Below, in pieces: positions 57,671-64,000 of a stretch of DNA of 64,000 nucleotides. Source of the DNA: Bacteroidales bacterium. GTDB lineage: Bacteria > Bacteroidota > Bacteroidia > Bacteroidales > WCHB1-69. Below the pieces are notes generated by a model. It was not told the origin of the DNA, made no database searches, and saw nothing but the letters and a program-made list of their open reading frames with translations. Numbering within the stretch: position 1 is the first letter of the stretch; every line of letters begins with the position of its first letter. A program made the position numbers and the translations under genes. The stretch spans positions 64,394-128,393 of the forward strand of contig JBGURP010000039.1 of assembly GCA_045132055.1 (NCBI GenBank), in the 5' to 3' direction.

Positions 57671-59455
57671 TTATCGGTTCTCTTCCAGATATTTTCGCAA
57701 CTGGGTGGCCTTGGCGGGACCAATCACTGCGGCCACTTCGGCTTCCGTGGCCTTGCGGATGCCGGCCACGCTCTTGAATTTGCTCAGCAGCCGTTGCTTG
57801 AGCACGGGGCCGATGCCGGGCGCGTTGTCCAGAATGGATGCGATGCTGGTTTTGGATCGGCGCTTGCGGTGGTGGGTGATGCCGAAGCGGTGGACCTCGT
57901 CGCGCACATGTTGCAGCAGCTTCTGAGCCTCCGATTTTTTGTCGATATAGATGGGGTATTCGTCGCCCACCTTGTAGATGTCTTCCAATCGTTTGGCGAT
58001 ACCGACCATCATGAGGCGGTCCTCGATGTTCAATGTTTGGATGGCCTTCCAGGCGGCGTTCAGTTGGCCTTTGCCACCATCGATGACCACGAGGTCGGGC
58101 AGGGGCTTTTCCTCTTCGAGGAGCCTGTGATAGCGGCGATAGATAACCTCTTCCATGGAGGCGAAGTCGTCGGCGCCGATCACGGTTTTGATGTTGAAAT
58201 GGCGGTATTCTTTTTTGGCGGGTTTGCCGTCGATAAAGCAGCTCATAGCGGCCACGGGTTCTTCGCCCTGGGTGTTGGAGTTGTCGAAGCACTCGATGCG
58301 GCGGGGCAGGGTTTTCATGCCGAGGGCTTGTTGCAGGGCCATGAGCACGCGCTGGCTCCGGCGCTCGGGATTGACCAAGTCCTGTCGTTTCTTCTTCTCC
58401 AGCATGTAAAAATGGGCGTTGCGCTCCGCAAGCTCCACCAGTTTGCGCTTGTCGCCGCGCTGAGGCACTTGGAACGACCACTTGTCGGTCTCGATGGTCG
58501 GCATTACAGGCACTAAGATGTCGGGAAACAGGCCGCCTAAACGCTCGTCCATTTCCAGGATGCCCGCCCAGAGCAAGTCTTCGCCGCTGCGGTCCAGCTT
58601 GTTGTTGATCTCCAGCGTGTACGCCTGCACGATGGCGCCATCGACGATGCGCAGGAAGCTGACGTAGGCACATTCCTCGTCCTCCTCCATGCCGAATACA
58701 TCCAGGTTGGTTAGCGAGGGGTTGACCACCACGGATTTGATTACAAAGTTTTCCAAGATGTCAATCTGTTTCTTGATGCGCCCCGCTTCCTCAAACTTCC
58801 ATTGTTCGGCGCATTTCATCATCTCCTCCTTGAGTTTGCTTATCACTTCCTTGCGATTGCCTTTGATGATATCTACGCTCTTGCGGATGTTCTCCTGGTA
58901 CTCTTCCGCGGAGATGAGTCCGCAGCACGGTGCGGCGCACTTGTGCACCTGAAACTGCATACAGGGCCGGTCGTTGTGCACCAGCCGGCGGCACTTGCGC
59001 AGCGGGAACATCTCGTTGATGGTGTCCAGCAGCACGTTCATCTGCTTGACGGAAGAGTAGGGGCCGAAAAGCTGCATCTTGTCAGGTTCGGGGTGGCGCG
59101 TGGGGAAAATCCGGGGAAATTCCTCCTTGGTGACGGCAATCCAGGGATAGGATTTGTCGTCTTTGAGCATGATGTTGTAGTGTGGTTTGAACTGTTTGAT
59201 CATGCTGTTTTCCAGCAGCAGGGCCTCCCATTCGGAATCGACCACGGTGGTTTGGATGTCGCGGATTTTGGTGACGAGCAGACGCACTTTGGCGGAGTTG
59301 TGTTCTTTGTTGAAGTAGGAGGATACGCGCCGTTTCAGCCGTTTGGCTTTGCCCACATAGATGATGGTGCCCTTTTCGTCGAGGAAACGGTAAACCCCCG
59401 GCTTTTCTGGCAGGGATTTGAGGATGAGTTTCAGATTATCGCGAATCTCGGTCAT
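57671..59455 (-). CDS. uvrC: Excinuclease ABC subunit C
   Basis: GIY-YIG motif PGVYRFLDEKGTIIYVGKAKRLKRRVSSYF, the UVR domain, and a C-terminal HhH (LDNAPGIGPVLKQRLL). I used ATG 59455 (MTEIRDN). Confidence 0.9.
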   Translation of the reverse strand: MTEIRDNLKLILKSLPEKPGVYRFLDEKGTIIYVGKAKRLKRRVSSYFNKEHNSAKVRLLVTKIRDIQTTVVDSEWEALLLENSMIKQFKPHYNIMLKDDKSYPWIAVTKEEFPRIFPTRHPEPDKMQLFGPYSSVKQMNVLLDTINEMFPLRKCRRLVHNDRPCMQFQVHKCAAPCCGLISAEEYQENIRKSVDIIKGNRKEVISKLKEEMMKCAEQWKFEEAGRIKKQIDILENFVIKSVVVNPSLTNLDVFGMEEDEECAYVSFLRIVDGAIVQAYTLEINNKLDRSGEDLLWAGILEMDERLGGLFPDILVPVMPTIETDKWSFQVPQRGDKRKLVELAERNAHFYMLEKKKRQDLVNPERRSQRVLMALQQALGMKTLPRRIECFDNSNTQGEEPVAAMSCFIDGKPAKKEYRHFNIKTVIGADDFASMEEVIYRRYHRLLEEEKPLPDLVVIDGGKGQLNAAWKAIQTLNIEDRLMMVGIAKRLEDIYKVGDEYPIYIDKKSEAQKLLQHVRDEVHRFGITHHRKRRSKTSIASILDNAPGIGPVLKQRLLSKFKSVAGIRKATEAEVAAVIGPAKATQLRKYLEENR

Positions 59456-59487
59456 GTGGGCGGGTGTGCTGCATGAGAAATAGGTGG

Positions 59488-59495
59488 CAAAGATA
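59488..59495 (-). promoter_or_regulatory. Bacteroides-type -7 box (TATCTTTG on the minus strand) for uvrC
   Basis: The reverse complement of caaagata, 32 nt upstream of ATG 59455. Confidence 0.4.
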
Positions 59496-59684
59496 GTGAT
59501 TTTCTTGATGTCGCAAATTGCGACTTCAAGATACGGCGTGCCTCCGGCACGCAGGCTGACAGGGAGGACCGTTGCGCTACCCCACACAGACAAGCTGTGC
59601 GGGGTTAATGGGATGGCGTGCCGATGGCACGCCCATACTCATGCTTGGCGTGTGTACAGACACTTGGGGTAATTCGGATACAAT

Positions 59685-60758
59685 CTATTGCTTGAACACC
59701 ACCACGCTTGGGTTCAGGCCGGCGGAGAAGGAGAATGTCTTTTTGCCGTTCTTGTCAAAACAATACACATCACCCGTTACCGTGAAGTTGTAGGCGTCTG
59801 TGATATAGACATCGCCGTTGAGTGGGTTGACGGTGATGCCGTATGGCATGTGGATGGTAGTGCCATCGGTCACGAAATTTTCCGGAACACTGCCTTCTTG
59901 GTTGAGATCTAACACTCTTACAGGGTTGACATCGGCATTGTAGTCCACCTCATACACGTAGGCTTTGTCTTGGAATACGGTGAAATTCTGAATGTTAGGC
60001 CACGTTCGAGTGACTTGGTCGCTCTGTGCGTTGATGCGGGATAAGGTGCCGTGCTGCTCCATGTAGTCACCGCGAGTGCAGACATAAACGGTGCGGTTGT
60101 CGTCGCTGGCGGCCAGCTTGTACGGGTTGATGCCCACCTCAATACTGTGGAGCATGGTGAGGGAGTTGATGTCGAATACCGACACGGTGGTGCCATAGTT
60201 GGGGTTGTTCATGCCGCCGGAGTTTGCTACATATAGCTTGCCGTTGCACACGCAGATACCTTCGGGATTTGCACCGGAATAAACGGTCTTGTCAACCTCC
60301 AGGGTGGCAGTATCAATGCGCACCACATCACCATCGAAGCAACTTACGTATGCCTTGCCTTGGTAAAAAGTGATTTGTCTCGGACTCTTGCCCGGCAGAG
60401 AAATGGCCTTGATAGATTGGGCTGTGGAGAAGTTCATTACCTCTACGCGGTGCGAGTTGTTGACCACGCAGTAGAGTTTGCTGCCGTATCTTTTCAGATC
60501 GTTGCCCGTATCGCCCAGTCCGCGCTTGTTCACTTGCAGGAAAATATCTGAGATGAACGTCAGGTTCTTAAAATCATAATAGGAAATGGTACTGTTGTTC
60601 TGTTGAAACAGACCTTCGTTGAGCACATAGACACCATACGCGCTGGCATCAATCGGCATGGGATCGTCAGGCACGGGAGGATTGCAGCTTGATGCACAGA
60701 AAATGGCGAACAGGAAGAGGACGAAAATGTTGAAGATAGATTGTCTGTGATTTTTCAT
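59685..60758 (-). CDS. Beta-propeller lipoprotein (YncE-like / DUF5074-like) partnered with the upstream TonB-dependent receptor
   Basis: Lipobox FAIFCASSC. YVLNEGLFQQNNSTISYYD and repeated blades (KLYCVVNNSHRVEVMN, KAYVSCFDGDVVRID, KLYVANSGG). The family name is from memory and was not searched. Confidence 0.55.
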   Translation of the reverse strand: MKNHRQSIFNIFVLFLFAIFCASSCNPPVPDDPMPIDASAYGVYVLNEGLFQQNNSTISYYDFKNLTFISDIFLQVNKRGLGDTGNDLKRYGSKLYCVVNNSHRVEVMNFSTAQSIKAISLPGKSPRQITFYQGKAYVSCFDGDVVRIDTATLEVDKTVYSGANPEGICVCNGKLYVANSGGMNNPNYGTTVSVFDINSLTMLHSIEVGINPYKLAASDDNRTVYVCTRGDYMEQHGTLSRINAQSDQVTRTWPNIQNFTVFQDKAYVYEVDYNADVNPVRVLDLNQEGSVPENFVTDGTTIHMPYGITVNPLNGDVYITDAYNFTVTGDVYCFDKNGKKTFSFSAGLNPSVVVFKQ

Positions 60759-60781
60759 TTTTCTTAAGCCGTTTAACGCGG

Positions 60782-60789
60782 CAAAAGTA
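60782..60789 (-). promoter_or_regulatory. Bacteroides-type -7 box (TACTTTTG on the minus strand) for the lipoprotein gene
   Basis: The reverse complement of caaaagta, 23 nt upstream of ATG 60758. Confidence 0.35.
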
Positions 60790-60813
60790 CACAAAAAAGA
60801 GACATGATTGGAA

Positions 60814-63309
60814 TTAGAACTCTATGGCGAACTTAACATTCACGAGCCTTCCCGTCAAAGTGTTGGGGATTGCATAATGCTGGTTGTAGATGTCCTTTAC
60901 CCATGAATAGGAGGCCACGTTTTTGGTGCCGAGCACGTTGAAAACCTCGATATACACGCCGGCATTCTTGATGCTGCGCACGAACTTGGACTTGTTGCGC
61001 ATGCGGTCGCGGCTCTGCTCCAAGAACATGAAGGAGAATCCGAGGTCCACGCGGCGGTACCACTTGGGGTCGCGTACCCGCTGGAATCCTTCAGACTTCT
61101 CAAAGGCCACGGGCAATCCGCTGGCAAACACGAAGTTGAGGTGCGCCCTGAACTGCGGAAATCCCGGGATGTGGTCTTGGAAGAACAGATTGAAGGCCAC
61201 CCGCTGGTCGGTAGGTCTTGGTATGTACCCCGGCTCAATACGGTTGCCGTCTTGGTCGTAATAGAAATCATCCTGGATGTCCTCTTTGGTGTCCATGATG
61301 GAGACGGCAAACCAGGATTCCAGTCCGCGAATGAACTCGCCGCTGACCTTCAGGTCCAAGCCTGTGGCATACCCGACGGCATCGTTATAGCCGCTGTAAG
61401 TGATGCGCACGTTGTTGATGGTGTAGGAGATGAGGTGGTCCAGATACTTGTAGTAGGCCTCTGCTGTGAACTTGAACGGTCTGCGCCACAGTTTGAAGTT
61501 GTACTCTGCGCCAGCCACGATTTGGAACGAGCGTTGCGAGAGGATATCGGGATTCAGCGTGCCGTCACGGTAGCGCATTTCGCGGTAAAATGCCGGCTGG
61601 TAGTATAGACCGGTGCGCACGGAGAAGATCCAGTCTCTCTTCCAATGCGGGTTGTAGATGAAGGATATTCTAGGCGATACGGTGAATTCTTTTTTGTTGT
61701 ATGTCCAATAGTGGAAACGAAGACCGGCATTGATGGAATAGTGTGTCATGCTGTCGCCATCAATGTTCCACTGGTCCTGGATAAACCCCGTGAACCGCAT
61801 GGTGTTCAGGTGGTTGGAGGTGCTCAGGTATGAGTTTTCGCCAAAGGTGAGGATGCGGGACGGGTCGTCCAGAGGCACTGAATCGCCGATAGGGGTATGG
61901 ATGATGGGGAGTGTATAGCCGGAGGAATCGTTCATGTTCCACTCCTTGATGACATCGTGGATGATTTCGTTCTGTGCTTTCACGCCCCACGACAGGGTGT
62001 TGGAGGCGGGTAGCTTGTGTTCGCCACGCAAATCGGCGGCGGAGACGATGGAGGTGATGTGGTTGCGCGCGTGCTCCAGGTTAGTGCCGTAGCCGCGGTT
62101 GGAGATGATATGTACAGTGCTTGACTGCATGTCAGGCTCAATGTCGTTCAACCAGTACTGCCCTTGAATATCGTAGGTTTCGCTCTCTTTGGCATAGTAG
62201 GAGGAGAGGATGAGCTTGAGCAGGGTGCGGTCGTTGGGGCGGTAGAAGAAGGTGAGTCCGGCCAAGTAGTTCTCGTAGAGATCCACTTCCTGTCCGTCGT
62301 AGAAGACCAGAAACTGCTTGCTGTCCTGCAGGCTGCCGAACCGAGTGTCCTTGTTGGAGGGCTGGTAGATGTAGCTGTTGCGCGAGAAGTTTCCCAACAG
62401 ACTGATGCTGAATTTCTTGTTAATATCCCATTTGAGCAGCATCTGGGTGTCGAAGAAGGTGGGTTTGTAGTCCCCCGTGTCGCCGGACAAACGGAGAGAA
62501 CGTAACAGGTAAGCATTAGACTTGAATCGTGCGCCGATGAGGAAAGAGAAGCAGCTGTCCACGCGTCCTTCTGCGTGCGCCGAAGCACCCAACATGCTGA
62601 AAGATAAAGAACCGCCGTATTGGGTGGGCTCCTTGTACTGCACGTCCAGCACAGAGGACATTTTGTCGCCGTACTTGGCTTCAAAACCGCCAGCGGAAAA
62701 GACCACGTTGCCGGCGAGGTCGGTGTTTACAAAGCTCATGCCTTCCTGTTGAGCGTTGCGCATGAGGAAGGGACGGTATATCTGGATGTCGTTGACAAAG
62801 ATGAGGTTCTCGTCGTAGTTGCCGCCGCGCACGTTGTATTGGGAGCTCAGCTCGTTGACGGAGGACGCGCCGGGCAGCATCTTGATGATGGACTCCATGC
62901 CGCCGCCCGGCGAGGGCATCTGGAAGGACAATTTCGGGTTGACGCGAATGTAGCCGTTTTCGCTTTTGCTCTGTATGTTGACCTGTTCCAGTCGATTGCC
63001 GATGGTGGGCAGCACCACCGTAATGTTCCTCGACTCTTTGGGCTTCATCCGCAATGTCATTACGGTGTCCTTGTGGCTGATCTGCTGGAAGTAAAGTCGG
63101 AAATCCACGTTTTCGGGCACGTTGATGGAGAATTGCCCAAAGTCGCTCGTGATGGTTTGGTAATTGTAGTCCAGTACCTGGATGACCACATTTTCAATAG
63201 GTTGGCCCTCTTCGTCTTGCACAACACCTCTGATTACGGCCTTTTGACCGAATCCCGTGATGGCCAGTGCCAAGGTGAATACCAGAAGTAGGGCTTTCCT
63301 TATGTTCAA
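60814..63309 (-). CDS. TonB-dependent receptor with an N-terminal carboxypeptidase-regulatory-like domain
   Basis: IRGVVQDEEGQPIENVVIQVLDYNYQTITSDFGQFSI (CRD), plug (IKMLPGASSVNELSSQYNVRGGNYDENLIFVNDIQIY) and terminal AIEF. The ORF-track start 63402 lies inside the rpmB terminator loop, so I propose TTG 63309 (NIRKALLLVFTLALAITGFGQ signal peptide). Confidence 0.75.
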   Translation of the reverse strand: MNIRKALLLVFTLALAITGFGQKAVIRGVVQDEEGQPIENVVIQVLDYNYQTITSDFGQFSINVPENVDFRLYFQQISHKDTVMTLRMKPKESRNITVVLPTIGNRLEQVNIQSKSENGYIRVNPKLSFQMPSPGGGMESIIKMLPGASSVNELSSQYNVRGGNYDENLIFVNDIQIYRPFLMRNAQQEGMSFVNTDLAGNVVFSAGGFEAKYGDKMSSVLDVQYKEPTQYGGSLSFSMLGASAHAEGRVDSCFSFLIGARFKSNAYLLRSLRLSGDTGDYKPTFFDTQMLLKWDINKKFSISLLGNFSRNSYIYQPSNKDTRFGSLQDSKQFLVFYDGQEVDLYENYLAGLTFFYRPNDRTLLKLILSSYYAKESETYDIQGQYWLNDIEPDMQSSTVHIISNRGYGTNLEHARNHITSIVSAADLRGEHKLPASNTLSWGVKAQNEIIHDVIKEWNMNDSSGYTLPIIHTPIGDSVPLDDPSRILTFGENSYLSTSNHLNTMRFTGFIQDQWNIDGDSMTHYSINAGLRFHYWTYNKKEFTVSPRISFIYNPHWKRDWIFSVRTGLYYQPAFYREMRYRDGTLNPDILSQRSFQIVAGAEYNFKLWRRPFKFTAEAYYKYLDHLISYTINNVRITYSGYNDAVGYATGLDLKVSGEFIRGLESWFAVSIMDTKEDIQDDFYYDQDGNRIEPGYIPRPTDQRVAFNLFFQDHIPGFPQFRAHLNFVFASGLPVAFEKSEGFQRVRDPKWYRRVDLGFSFMFLEQSRDRMRNKSKFVRSIKNAGVYIEVFNVLGTKNVASYSWVKDIYNQHYAIPNTLTGRLVNVKFAIEF

Positions 63310-63385
63310 GATGCAAAAAGGTCTGTAAAACAAATATGTATTACGAGTGAAATGGATTTTTATTGTATGGAGTACGAATAAAAAA

Positions 63386-63416
63386 AGCTGTTGCAATGAC
63401 ATGCATCACAACAGCT
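63386..63416 (-). terminator. Rho-independent terminator after rpmB
   Basis: On the minus strand, the stem agctgttg / caacagct is followed by a T7 run. Confidence 0.7.
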
Positions 63417-63439
63417 TGTAGCCTTGTCGATAGGGATGA

Positions 63440-63673
63440 TTATAAAATGCCCTTACCAGCGGCTTCCACGAGGCTAGCGTAAACACCTTTCTTGTTGATG
63501 ATGCGCATGCCGTGTGCAGAAACTTTGAGGTAAACCCATTCATCCAATTCAGGAACATAGAACTTCTTGGTGTGCAAGTTCGGCTTGAATGTTCTTTTGG
63601 TTTTGATATTGGAGTGGGAAACATTATTTCCAACTATCGCTTTCTTTCCTGTAATCTGGCAAACTCTTGACAT
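63440..63673 (-). CDS. rpmB: 50S ribosomal protein L28
   Basis: [33 protein letters not shown] is the canonical L28 N-terminus. Confidence 0.95.
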   Translation of the reverse strand: MSRVCQITGKKAIVGNNVSHSNIKTKRTFKPNLHTKKFYVPELDEWVYLKVSAHGMRIINKKGVYASLVEAAGKGIL

Positions 63674-63712
63674 GATCTCTTATCGTTTTTTAATGATTAA
63701 TATTCTTCTTTG

Positions 63713-63720
63713 TTAAGGGC
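63713..63720 (-). promoter_or_regulatory. Bacteroides-type -7 box (TACTTTTG on the minus strand) for rpmB
   Basis: The reverse complement of caaaagta, 39 nt upstream of ATG 63673. Confidence 0.4.
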
Positions 63721-63783
63721 GGCAAAAGTACAAAAAAAAATAAAACAAAGCTTATGCTATTTAGAAAAAATTCTAAAGGGGGT

Positions 63784-64000
63784 TCATTCTACCAAAACAC
63801 AGCGTACAGAGTAGGCGTCATGGGGGTTGCAGCGGATGCAGGAGAGCTCGTCGCAGAAGAAATAGAGCACATGGCAGCTGGAATTTTCGGAGGAAAGGCC
63901 CGTTTGAAGCGACCAAAAGCGCGTTTCTCCCAGGAGGTTTTCGTAGCGGTTGCGCGCGCCGTTGTAGAATCCTGCCGGGAGGGCGGAGAATCCGGTTTCG
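63784..64000 (-). CDS. C-terminal fragment of a second FISUMP-domain protein. The gene continues beyond the window end and is not in the ORF track.
   Basis: My hand translation of the minus strand gives ETGFSALPAGFYNGARNRYENLLGETRFWSLQTGLSSENSSCHVLYFFCDELSCIRCNPHDAYSVRCVLVE-stop (stop codon at 63784-63786). This parallels FSLLPGGCYNENAGRYENLIGNAYLWG...GYSVRCIKD at the end of the first gene. Confidence 0.6.
   Translation of the reverse strand, partial: ETGFSALPAGFYNGARNRYENLLGETRFWSLQTGLSSENSSCHVLYFFCDELSCIRCNPHDAYSVRCVLVE

Noticed and set aside
57630-59476. Additional long ORFs overlapping uvrC: 347 aa in another minus-strand frame (R/P/G-rich), and 282 aa and 224 aa on the plus strand.
   Set aside because: uvrC is locally GC-rich, which suppresses stop codons in off-frames. 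The R/P/G/H-rich translations are typical out-of-frame products, while the uvrC frame carries the GIY-YIG, UVR and HhH motifs.
63310-63402. N-terminal extension of the TonB-dependent receptor ORF (track start 63402).
   Set aside because: The extension spans the rpmB terminator hairpin, with the ATG lying in its loop, and encodes no signal peptide. The signal-peptide-like sequence begins at TTG 63309.
60759-63439. Cobalamin or other riboswitch upstream of the TonB-dependent receptor/lipoprotein pair.
   Set aside because: After the rpmB terminator, only about 75 nt remain before the proposed receptor start. That is too short for a B12 riboswitch, and no conserved B12-box-like sequence was seen.

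Overview
This 64-kb window reads as a chromosomal, mostly core-genome segment of a Bacteroidota (Bacteroidales-like) bacterium. Three things support that assignment: T9SS-type C-terminal sorting domains on secreted proteins, recurrent Bacteroides-type -7 promoter boxes (TAnnTTTG) in nearly every intergenic region, and A-rich leaders with no Shine-Dalgarno sequences. The gene order secE-nusG-rplK-rplA-rplJ-rplL-rpoB-rpoC-DUF3467 is also typical. I saw no transposase, integrase, CRISPR array, rRNA or recognisable defence system. Housekeeping genes include proS, mazG, udk, trmB, uvrC, rpmB, lpxK, phoH, a purine nucleoside phosphorylase, azlCD, a split chrA pair and one tRNA-Gln(CTG). The remainder is cell-envelope content: a 5-prime-partial surface protein of more than 1265 aa ending in a FISUMP domain; a 3809-aa Cys-rich Ig-like repeat protein with a T9SS sorting domain, placed just downstream of a PorE-like OmpA protein; a C10 (streptopain-like) protease with two CUB-like domains and a T9SS tail; two TonB-dependent receptors; and several low-complexity secreted proteins. 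The best candidate for an undescribed system is a tight four-gene minus-strand operon (22212-27043). It encodes an extremely Tyr/Trp/Gly/Asn-rich lipoprotein with a Ser-rich tail, a FadL/PorV-like beta-barrel, an unassignable secreted protein, and a secreted protein with a possible Cys nucleophile elbow. All family assignments come from motifs read by eye in the supplied translations. No database search was run, and several assignments are marked as inference.
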